A DNA stretch of 64,000 nucleotides from Amoeboaphelidium protococcarum X5 (taxonomy: Eukaryota > Fungi > Aphelidiomycota), in the NCBI GenBank assembly GCA_023515725.1, contig JALDTO010000155.1:779147-843146 (forward strand). Reading direction: 5' to 3'. The position numbers and the translations under genes are program-made. Shown here in pieces: positions 32,567-43,260 of the stretch. The notes beneath the pieces are model-generated. The model had not been told where the DNA came from and did no database searches. It saw only the letters and a program-made list of their open reading frames with translations. Position 1 is the stretch's first letter. Each line of letters opens with the position of its first letter.

Positions 32567-34652
32567 ATGGGCAGTTAGATCCTGCTTTGTCTAAGTTTTA
32601 CTGTGCTCTGTCTATTGTTATGTTGTAACAGTGAGGCGATACAAGGTAAATTTCGATCAGTTGTTGTTTCACCATCTCATCATCATTGATACTGTAGTGG
32701 ACCCATTGACTATAACGCTTCCTGACAGGGCGATTCTCTCGGATAAGGGACTATATTAGATTTAAAGTGTCGCGTAGATTCCGTAAGAGTTTTCGCTACA
32801 ACTGAACACCTCGCAATTCGCTGAATTCTATGTTTACGCCGTTGCATACATTGCCCGAGAGACTGATCCTGCATACAACAGCAGTAATCTACCACCCACG
32901 GTCCTTGGTATGAATACCAGCAGCGATGGTCAATCAATAAGCTAGCCGCTACTAAATAGCAACATATCTTCTGATGTCTAGCCGTACAATTACATACGAT
33001 TGTAGTAGTATCGAATGCTAAAAGATGACAGTAAGAGGGCGTTTAGATTTTAACCGTTGAAAAGCACGAGTGATCTGATTGAAAGTGGCTTGCAGTTACG
33101 AGTGGGCCTCCTCTCTAATTAAACAACTCCATCATCTGGCAGGTTTTATATAGAGTTTGCAGTCAAGATTGAGGACAATTGTGGTGTAATCAGAATTGAT
33201 CCGTGTATCCCCAATTACTTGAATGACCCGCTAGTTTATTATTTCCAAGCGGCTCTGGTAAGAAGTAACTCCCAAGTTGATATTACGACTAATATATCTG
33301 TTCAAGCAGCTCCGTATGATCTTTTGGGTAATGCCTTGATGAACTTGTCTCCATTTGAATCGGATTACTCTACGCCCTTGGTGAGTTGGGACGTGTTTTG
33401 GCCTTAAGCGTCTAATGATATATTTGGCGCATCTCAAGGCTAGAGTTGCCCACAATTGTCCGCTGAAGATTCATCATTGCCGCAGAGTGAGAGACCATCA
33501 TCTTATAGTTACACCGTGGTTGGAGGCGTTATAGCATCGCAGTAGGCAATATACAACTTTGCCATTCGCAGAAGACAGACTTTGGCTGCACTTAACACTT
33601 CGCAGATTACTCAGTAACAGTCTCGTTAGTTTGGATAAAGTATTCAAGATAGATGTCGACCTGTATAAATAGTTGTGTACAACGGTAATCTCTTCAAAAA
33701 CGGATCTGATTCAGTTAAGTGCTCTTAGATGCTGAAGATCATATCTCCATCTCAATGCCAGCCGTAGTTATAGCAGTGGTAGATCATCGCTATTGCTGTG
33801 GGTGCTGCTCTATTTGTAGTCATAGTGTTGGTTATTGCTGGAGCAATCCTCATTTGTAGAAAGAGGAGCTTCGGTAAATCTGGCGTAAACAAGTTAACCC
33901 GCGCTAATAAGTCCATTAGAGTCAACGACAAGAAGCAGCAGCCACCGGTTAAATCAAAGTCTAGTCGAGTTTTATAGAAGGATGAGTAGGTGGAAGCTGG
34001 TAATTAATTGACGAAGAAGCCCACGAAGATTGCGCGTAAGAAGAGTGGCGGCGCGTTGTTGTAGAAGAGTCAAAAGTCATTAGCAGATCCGACGGAAATT
34101 GTCAAGCATAATCCTAATGCTCCAGCAATAGGTCCAAATGTAGAAGAGAATGTTGTCCCAACCAAGCCACTGCTACGATCAGCTGTAGATGGTCCTATTG
34201 CTTCTTATGATGGGTAGAACCGTGTAGATGTTAGGCCTGGCGATGCTACGTCTGCAGTGTTGTAGGATGTAATGCGAGATTTTTACCAAAGTCAAAGTGT
34301 TGGAGAAGTTGTATTGTAATAGTAACAACAATAGCAACAACAACAACATCAACCTCATGAAAGTGCTGGTGCCTAATAATACTCATAATAAGTACATGAG
34401 GATTAGCCTCGTCAATACGCGTAACATCTGGCTGAGGAGCCATGTATTATCACAAGCTCTGACTGGGCCGATGCCACGACTATAGAATAAGCAGGTATTG
34501 TCGCTTACATTGATGCTCCGACCCCAGGCCGACCTGTAGTGGTGAAACCGCCATTCTCCGGTGTCAATCGAGAGACTGTCATAGAGACGGCGGAACTAAT
34601 TCAGCCTGTGCAGCAGCTAAATGTTGTCAATGAGGACTAGGAGTGGAGTTGA
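32567..34652 (+). CDS. Orphan type I membrane protein (signal peptide, ~370-aa ectodomain, TM, disordered tail), 677 aa; intron 32646-32697
   Basis: Hydrophobic N-terminus; TM IIAIAVGAALFVVIVLVIAGAILIC followed by RKR; spliced frame is continuous. Confidence 0.7.
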
Positions 34653-34718
34653 ATTTGTGAAAATCTAAATTGAAATTGAACGAATGTGGTTTAAATAGAA
34701 TAGAGTTTGTTTTAATGT

Positions 34719-35654
34719 TCACAGCTTCATGCTAGTCTCAATGTTTACTAGATTCTCAGCATTGTATCTTGAGGAAGAGTAAACAGTCTTCTGATACTCT
34801 TACCACTAATTAACGTACTTCATCAATTGCTAATGAGTAGAAGACACCTGAGCAGATAGACGCAACAGAGAATCATAATTCTATTACAAAATTGAAGTGA
34901 CACATTCAGGAGTCGTTGTCACAGACTGCAGAGAACCATTAGCACCACCAAATCCATCCTATGACACCATCAACTAATCGACTTGCAATTTCATATCCTG
35001 TAAAGCCAACTTATAAGAATTAAACTGCTATCTGGCATTCTGAATAAAACGCATATAATACTCGTGGATAACATCAGCATAATGAGTTCCACTTCTACCA
35101 AATCCATTCTAAGAGGATTACTGCAATGATTATTGTATACTGTCTAGCATTCTATATGAAATCTCAGCTGTCTATGCCAATCTCTATTACTCGCTGCGTA
35201 TCTGCCCCTTTACAATGTCCAGTTGCCCATCAATGGTTTATGACATTCTAACTAGAGAATTCGTGACGGATTCATTCACATATCGCACCTTCAACCTTTC
35301 CAATTACTTTCTCACCTCGCTAGTAGAGACTTTCATACTATCATGCTTGTTCTAATTCACCACTTTATTGATCTACTCAAATTGGGATTGTACTTCTTAC
35401 GGCAGATCATTAAACTTGGTATACCTATTAAGCAAAAGCTTCGTCTACTATTACTACTGCTGCTACTAATTCTAGTTCTACTGCTAATTAGTGCCAAATC
35501 CAGAGAATAAATTAGTCTACTACTAAGGCTATTACTACTATTACTACTATTGTTGAGGGTTATTATTAGCAGTTCCAAAAGAAAATGCACCAAATCCACC
35601 CGTTTATTACTATGGTTATTATTATTACTATTATGGCTATCCAAAGCTGAACAT
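34719..35654 (-). CDS. FG nucleoporin Nup49/Nup58-like, 311 aa
   Basis: FSFG, GFG and LFSGFG repeats with poly-Q (TAA/TAG), TKFNDLPQEVQSQFEQI, coiled coil. Confidence 0.75.
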
Positions 35655-35961
35655 ATCGACAATGTTATCTTCCACGGGGGTATAGTCCAAAGTCCAAGTA
35701 AAGACAGCTGATATATAATGCAATGCGGTGATGAAGAAAACGAGCTGAAGAAGAGGAAGAAGACGAACTGACAAAGTTTCGACGGAAGAAACAGCGCGCG
35801 AGACCAATTGAATTGAAAGAGCGATTGTTTCAATCTGCGGGCGCTTTAGCTGACATCTTCTGTAGCTACTTCTATTCTAAATAAGACATAGTTCCGAATT
35901 TACTCAACTGAATTACTTCTGAATATACCGCTATTATTTAAATTTTCTAGATTATTAAAGT

Positions 35962-36906
35962 ATGGGATTGCCAAAGACCGTGATCGGACTATCAGCTGCC
36001 GTCTTGGGGAACGCCATAACTGGGACGGCATAAACTTTGTAGAAATATGGCATTCTACAGGTAGAAAGTCTTAAATAGTAGCAGTCGCGGTTCAGTAATA
36101 TATTCTGGTTGAGCGGACTGGGACTTAACTATGTTGGTGAAGTTATTGGCAGCTACGTCGCAATCTCGTACTGTTAGCCAGCACTTGTTACACCGCTTGG
36201 TATTATTAATGTGGTGGTGAATGCCATTTCTGCAGATAAAATGCTGAATGAAAAGTTGGAAAGTGGTGCCATTTACGCTTATATTTGGATTGCATTCGGC
36301 GTGCTTTCCATTATGTTGGGAGTTCCCAGTTAATAAGTTGAAACATTGGAAGATCTTATGTCTGGTGGGAGATTCATACAAATTCTGGCACTGTTTGTTA
36401 TTGTGGCTTTGATATAAGCATATAGACTACATAGACTTAGACTGCGCGACATTACCAATTGTGTCACGGCAACTGCGCTGTTTGGCACGAGCGGGCTCCT
36501 CTGCAGTAAAGCGCTTACTATCGTTATGCAACACTAATAATCATCGTCGTCATAGTCATAAGAATCATCTTTCGCTGATAGTGAAAGCGCGTTAATACCG
36601 GATAAGCATTATCTTGCAGGAATCGCGATTGCATTAATTATCGCGTTGGCCATCTCTCAAGAACTGTCTCGATAGTATGCTCTTACTCATGTACGGGTGT
36701 CTCGATTCCAGCCAGTGTTGTACGCCACTTTTGTTTCTTTAAGCGTGCTCAGCAATGTTGCAGTGTATGGCCAGTTTGAGAGCAAGAAGGAGGTTGTTAA
36801 TTTCATAGCACTGTTCGCCATAGGCTCGCTTTGTATATTGGAAGGGTGTGGATCTTTACTGGCGTTAGACAATGCGGCATCGCAGAGCGAGCTCAAGACT
36901 ATGTGA
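35962..36906 (+). CDS. NIPA-like Mg2+ transporter (DMT family), 314 aa
   Basis: IGLSAAVLGNAITGTAQTLQKYG, WTGTQLCW, LVTPLG, FQPVLYATF. Confidence 0.7.
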
Positions 36907-37078
36907 TTTCTCAATCAATTGTAATCATTTTACTTACACCGTGTTGAATTTTATCTTGATACATTCATGTTGTTGCATTTTTATTTAAGGCCGGATCTAC
37001 CATTAATGTGCGTGTACAGCCGTTGTCAAGCTGCTCTATTTGAGGATTGTTTCAACTTTGATTAGATTTTTATCACCT

Positions 37079-37401
37079 GGATAATGGGCGCACCCGGCAC
37101 CGTACGCCCTATCCTAGAGCCTTCCCTTACCTCGTAGGCTCACCCCAACTAGCTGATCGCTAGACAAAGCCTACAGTGACCAAGCCGAATCCAGAGGCCT
37201 TGGATGCAGTCTTTAAGGGTGAGCACTAAGCATCTGGTATGCCACTACGAGTAGGCGCTTATCTGCACGAGTAACCGGTGCAGAGAGCTAAAGGCTAGAG
37301 CCACCGGTAAAGGTGTCTCCGACGAGTTCCCAATCGTCTACGGGGAAGCGAACAGTAGTACCTGCCGACCGATTAATCGATTAGGGGTACCTACCTCCCC
37401 G
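37079..37401. ncRNA. Unidentified structured RNA-like element (nested multi-helix fold); strand probably minus
   Basis: At least 9 complementary stems, e.g. GCTCACCC/GGGTGAGC, CTCGTAG/CTACGAG, TCTGCAC/GTGCAGA, CGGGGA/TCCCCG; GC-richer than flanks; no recognisable protein. Confidence 0.6.
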
Positions 37402-38134
37402 GTTATGGACAAATTAATATATTATAACATGAGTATCATTCAGAGTAGGGATGCAGCGCAATTATCAGATGTAGAGAGGCCAACAGCCGTGGATTGAATC
37501 AGAGTAATTGTTCATTTGATCGCATGTTGAAGTCGGCATATCACAGAGCCCAGAGAGCAATTGTGCCAATAATACACCATCTCAGAGCGCCGCATATCGT
37601 GCTATAAAGGACTCATATAGGATACGCCATAATACTGAGGAGTTTAAAAGTGACTACTACAGTTATAGATAATATGAATTATGGTGAAATAGGAAACAGA
37701 ATAGTACTTACACAAATCTGCAGCAGTCATGTCATCATCAGACGCCAATTCATAACTAAGCTCTTTATTTCATATAAAGAGATTCCAGTTAATGCTTGTA
37801 GAGCTAGGCTCCATAGGGAGATCCAAAAGAGGTGTATTACCAGTAAAGCTCATTATATCTCAACGCTATTCACAATCAAGAATAGAAGATTAACGCGCCA
37901 TACCAGCCTTTTATGCACAACAACAGCTCACACTTGAGTCACTGATCTCACAACTGTGACATGCTCAACAACACAAACGAGAGAGAGAGAATAGAATACA
38001 AATCCATACCACTTTTGCATCATCGCATCGCATCTAATCAATTTGCACCGTCACGGTGACACGTAATCCCTACGACTTATGACTGTCCCCAATGAACTTC
38101 CAGACGTCTATTACTTTTAAAGTGGTCATTCACA

Positions 38135-38476
38135 ATGCCGCCCAAACGACAAAGACAAATTAACGTTGGAAAGGCTAAAAGCATTCCGAAAGCATCTGAA
38201 GCTCTGGTGAGGAAGGTCAAAGCTTGCTTCGACAGCTAGGATATTGATCCGGGGCTTTATGATACCTAGAAAATTGCAGATATCATCAGTGGGTCCTTTA
38301 CTGACGCTACCGCGGAAAGTGAGACTGCTGTGTTCAATCGTATGGCAGAATATTAATTGTTTGAATGTGCTCAAGTCAATCGCTAGCATTTAAACCTGAA
38401 CCTGAACCTGGAACAAAGAGCCGAAAAAGAACCAGTCAGGAAGTCTTAAAGAATAAAGCACTAACATTAGAAATGA
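38135..38476 (+). CDS. Hypothetical basic protein, 113 aa, possibly a remnant
   Basis: MPPKRQRQ... open in table 6 to TGA; no recognised domain. Confidence 0.35.
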
Positions 38477-39000
38477 AATAATACCGTAATCAGAATTTAA
38501 GTTCCTAAATTTTCCATGCAAGCGTGCAGACAGTAGTACTGTTAGGTACTATTGAAGCCAATTTACTACCAGCTGACATTTCTAAGCTCACAAAGCAAAT
38601 GATTTGACCACATTACAGTAATCATAAATCTTGTCATCGGTAACAAATAATGCCGTAGTTGGCCAGCCAAATCGTGCCAATTTGACGGCCGTACGCGCAT
38701 GCCTTTGAACTTTTTTATAAACGATACACTAGAAGAGAACGGTTTGATCGATTCAAAATGAGGATTGTTTTCTTTTTTATATCTTGTTGATACTTTGTAT
38801 GGGTGTATTTCAACAAAGATGAAGGTTTATCAATAAGTCATATAGTGTCACCAAAATTTAATCAACGGTGTAACTAAGTCTTGCACTTTTGTACATTTTG
38901 GATATAAGTATGTGATTACAAAAGTAATAAAAAAAAGATAGTAATATAAGTCTTTGTAGTGGACATCGGAATTATATTGAAAATAATAGGTAGAAATGTC

Positions 39001-40060
39001 AGAACACTTTGAATACGCGTCAAATCACTCAAAAGTTGAAACACCGCGCTAAAATATATGTAAACACACTTCAAAATCTGTATTCAACACTCAAAAATGT
39101 GAGAAAAGCTCTCAAAGTAGTGCAAGATGACTTCAAAAAGCTTCTTTCGACACTCATTTTTCCACCGACAACATTTTAGCGTGAGCCTTTTTACTAATAA
39201 ACATGCTTGTTTCACTCACAGTCGAGTAATAAATACCACTTATTAGGTACTTCGCCACCTCATCCCTACCCGCTGGAAGAAATCACAAAATATGATATCA
39301 GAAGGTGCAGCCAAACATTTGAATTTGAGAGGAGTGGAGGTTGAGGGTGTTTTGCGCTAAAATCCGTATCAGATTAGTTAGATTTCTCCAACTTAGTACA
39401 GGGTCCTTAAGCGTGATACTAGATAGCCGTATCAAGTCCAATCTGAGGATAATCATGTAAGATGTTCATGTTTTTACTATGCAAAGCATGCTTTCTGCAA
39501 GCACAAACTGGCAGTGATGTATAAATACAATCTGACTTGTGCTCATATCAGTTTAAGAGCGTTTGTACGCAATCCCGGGTTAGCGCGTGGTCGAGTTGCG
39601 AATAACACCCGCTCTGTAGCAGCAAGCTGAATGACTTAGATTTAAGGCAGCTCTAATGCCTGAGATGGAAGGCCCGCCACCTTAGCGGGCTGATGTGGTG
39701 GGATGGAACTAGTACAGCGATGATGATGAGGATGAAGCTGATGAACTATTGCGTGCTACTAGAAGACGTTCCGGGACCCGTCAGGACGAAATCGAGGAAA
39801 TTGGTGATGAATGATGACTTTGACTATTGAACAATCCAGAGGATTAATTATTATGCCATTGTTTTTTTTAAACGAGCATTTCTAATAAGTTTGTATGTTG
39901 ACCGTTCATGAGTGAATTTTCCTCAGTTTTGAGTGCTGAATACTTGTTTCAGAGTGGGAACTCCATGGATTTGGGCGCGTCTTATGCCTTGAGTGCCTCA
40001 GCCCTTAAACAGAGTGCGATCCCAGTGCCGGTGAGTGCTCGGACGCGATTTCAGAGTGTC
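39001..40060. mobile_element. Internally deleted Mutator-like (MULE) DNA transposon
   Basis: Degenerate inverted repeats at ~39001-39115 and ~39909-40060 (core GTATTCA(A/G)CACTCAAAA) flanking a SWIM-finger fragment. Confidence 0.6.
39292..39630 (+). pseudogene. SWIM zinc-finger fragment of a MULE-type transposase
   Basis: YQV..VRCSCFYYAKHAFCKHKLAV (CxC-x8-CxH); no DDE domain; an acidic tail follows out of frame. Confidence 0.65.
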
Positions 40061-40092
40061 GCGCACCGGCCACCGCGTAGCACTATGCCATA

Positions 40093-40614
40093 ATGGAGGA
40101 CAACACTGATTATGAAGTAACTTTAACGGTTGTTGGTAAAATTTGTCATATTGATGAATAGAATAAGTCCAAAAACATTTTGCTGATCGGTGTAAGCTCA
40201 TTTGCCGATGACAATGGCACTGCTGTACAAGATTTGTTGGAAATATCAGATAAGTTTCAAGCTCTGGCGTAAAACACACATCCAGACATGAAGTACAAGC
40301 TACACCATTTCTATTCGGCAACGTATAATTCCTTAAAGGTGCAGTTCAATAAAGATGAAGATTGGAAGGTGGCTAATAGTATCTTAATGTGGCTGCCTTC
40401 AGGTGATCATTCTACATGTGGATGGGCTGCTCTGGAGAAGAGTGATATAGTAGCTGTGGACCTGCGTGTCAAGGGATTCATTTACAAGAATGAGTTAAAA
40501 GCTACAGTGACAAATGAGGTAGTAGGCACTGTATTTATCATGAAGGACGATCAGGTAAACGGGCAACCATCAGATGCCATGCTGATATCTCCCAAGAAGA
40601 AGAAAATGCAGTGA
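40093..40614 (+). CDS. Orphan beta-rich protein with C-terminal NLS-like PKKKK, 173 aa
   Basis: Table 6 extends the 108-aa track ORF back to ATG 40093; alternating hydrophobic strands (VTLTVVG, DIVAVDLRVKGF). Confidence 0.55.
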
Positions 40615-40954
40615 AGTTTGAGGATAGTTAAACGAGGAATAAGGATACTTTGAGGAATGAAAATGAATTATTATCGTAAATACTACTTTCATTTCACTGG
40701 CTTTAGTAAAACCCGGTCTTTTTTAATTAACGGTAAGATAAACGGCAAAATATTTCTAGCAGTAGCCAAACGCATGATCAAGTCACCACAAAACAAACAA
40801 TGAAAAACAAACAAAAACGGTTGTGGAGGTCAATTGTTGCATTCAAACCTTGAACTAAAGTTCAAAGGCATAAAGTTTAAAGGCATAAGAAGAATCATAA
40901 CTAATAAGACAATTGTCTTCATTATAAAATAATTAGTTCTAAATAGGTAAAAGA

Positions 40955-42625
40955 ATGTCAAACAATACGACTATAGTGGAAGACATTGCCAACAATGGGA
41001 CAACTCGATTGGGCAATGGTTAAGCGAACGCAGCAGTGTTGACTTGGATTGGAGTGATTGGTGCCAGTATTGCACTTGAATTATTGTTAATGTGCTTCGC
41101 CTACCTCTAATAGAGATACCAGCCGTCATCTTTTCTACCCGAGTGGCTGCTTGGACTATTTGTCCCCGAGATCTGGCTTCATGATGACGGCTAGAAGATG
41201 AAGAAGGGCAAAGGACAGGCGGTGGGATTGAATGCTCGCCATCAGTAGAGAATCAATGATGCCAGATCAACAACTAATGCAGCTGCGACATCCATTGAGA
41301 TGTCCATGATTTCCAGTGTTCTGGCCACTCTGATTCCTGATGATAAAGAGTTTTCACTTCCCGGCTTTCTGTAGATTGATCCTAGTAATGACTACGTACT
41401 GTAGAAGCAACTAACTAAAGGTGGAGCCGGTATAGTATATCTCGCCGAGTTGTAGAATGAGGCACTGGTCAAGGAGGGTGAAATGAAAGCCAGTAAACCT
41501 GCCAAACTAGCCATAGTCAAGGAATTGATAACTAAGCCGGGTAAGCCCGTGCCAGATGAAGTTGTCGCCGCCTTTTGTCAGGAGGTGTCGATGATGTGGT
41601 ACTTTCGGAATTGTCCAAACGCTGCTCGTCTGTATGGATACTGTCTAAGTCCGATGGTGATAGTGATGAAATATTACGAACTTGGCTCGCTTGCAACTTG
41701 CATCTTCAAGCCTGCCACATCTTAAGCTAGCAATAATAAAAATGATAACAATGCCAATAATGATAATGAAATCAGGAAGGGTGCCGAGCTAGACCAAGGA
41801 GATAAATCATCAAAACAGAAGAGTCAAGAGATTATGTGGACTCCAGATCTTATTGCTCATCTGACTCGCGACATCGCTTCTGCTCTTAAAGCTATGCATC
41901 AGGCTGATATAGTGCATAATGATATCAAGCCGGATAATGTTCTCATTGAATATATGCCAGCTGTGGATGATGATCGAAGGGAGTCTATGGTGAGTTAAGG
42001 AGGCGGTGATACAAAGTAGAAATGCAGATTCCGAGCAGTCGTTACCGATTTTGGTATATCATAGATTATCTCAGCCAAACACTTGAATATTGTTCGCTCG
42101 TTCAAAGTGGTTAAGATCTAGGGTGCTAGTGCACCATATGCAAGTCCAGAGACATTTCTTCGACTCAAAAAGGGTAGAACACACGAGGAGATTGATGAGA
42201 CGATGAGCTAAAGGGAACAGTCAGCAATAATCAACACAATCGCGGCACTGAAAGCATCAGATATCTACTCTCTAGCAGTGACAATGTATGAGATGATCAA
42301 CCGTAAGAAGGCGTGGAGAAAGATGAAGTTCAGAGAGGAGATTGAGAAGAGAGTGGTGACTGGTGGACGCCCGGAGTTTGATGAGAAGGTTCTAAGTCAG
42401 GCAAGTACTAGACAGTCGCTTCAACTACTGATTGATCTTACGAAATAGTGTTGGGATCATGAAGTATTTGCAAGACCAACTGCAGACATCATCATTGACG
42501 CGCTTGATGAGCTTTTACATCCGCAGTCCCACGTAATTGGCTCAGCGTTGAAAAAGTATCGCGAGAGTATGTCAATATCTCAGGATAGGGATCCTCTCTA
42601 CTCTGCTAATAAAACTCTGTTTTGA
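40955..42625 (+). CDS. Single-pass membrane TKL-type kinase with very short ectodomain, 556 aa
   Basis: TM LTWIGVIGASIALELLLMCFAYL, KGGAGIVY, FCQEVSMMW, YYELGSL, HNDIKPDNVL, DFG, YASPE, SDIYS. Confidence 0.88.
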
Positions 42626-42877
42626 TTCTGTTATCTATAAATGAAATTTGAGTTATAGGATGATTAGGTTTCTTTCTCCTTCATATTTTCAACCATTTCT
42701 ACCAAGGATTGCGAACCATGATGATGAGTTAGTTATCTGAGTGGCGCTAGATGATTTGTAATGTTAAACGAGGCGTACGTCGGCGCTTCAACTTTTGCGT
42801 TCACTCTTTTATATTTTCTCACAGTCAAAATAGAAAGGTTATATTATTTAAAGTTTTAAAAAATTCAATTAATAAAA

Positions 42878-43165
42878 ATGCAATCTATAATTCTGTTTAT
42901 TGCTCTTATTATTGCTTCCGGTAAGTCGCGTTACAAAGTGCATCTAGATAAATTTATTTTTTTGTTATGACATTGTGTAGTGTGTTCCGCTCTGAGTGTC
43001 TAATCATCTGGCATGGAGGCGCACAAGTTGTGCTTCAAGCAGTGCCGTGATCTGTGTTTGACTGCTGGAGGTGGACAGAGCTGTGTTGAAGCCTGCGGTT
43101 GCAAGTGGCCGGTTGATCCGAATGAGCCAGTTTACGATGGATTGTCCGAGCAGCTGGTTTATTGA
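42878..43165 (+). CDS. Small secreted cysteine-rich peptide, 75 aa; intron 42921-42980
   Basis: Signal MQSIILFIALIIASVCSA, then CFKQCRDLC-x8-CVEACGC; GTAAGT...TGTAG intron keeps the frame. Confidence 0.75.
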
Positions 43166-43260
43166 ACGTGGATTAAGCGCGTCTCTTCGGTTTGGTAGTG
43201 TGAACAGAAATGATACTTTTGCCAATAAATAAATAATCTTGTGAAGAATCATATATACTT

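Noticed and set aside
37079-37401. Assignment as U1, U2, U3, SRP, RNase MRP, telomerase RNA, a self-splicing intron or a Fanzor omega-RNA
   Set aside because: Diagnostic sequences are absent (ATACTTACCTG, GTAGTA branch pairing in U2 context, GAAAGTCCCC, CTAACCCTAA template, catalytic cores) and there is no TnpB/Fanzor ORF in the window; left unassigned
37079-37860. Selenoprotein: in-frame TGA ORF with the downstream structure as a SECIS
   Set aside because: No redox or selenoprotein motif around the TGA, the frame closes soon after, and no AUGA/GA kink-turn SECIS core is visible
39960-40060. CRISPR-like array of GAGTG units
   Set aside because: Units are only 5-7 bp and irregular, DNA is eukaryotic with no cas genes; better explained as sub-repeats of a transposon arm
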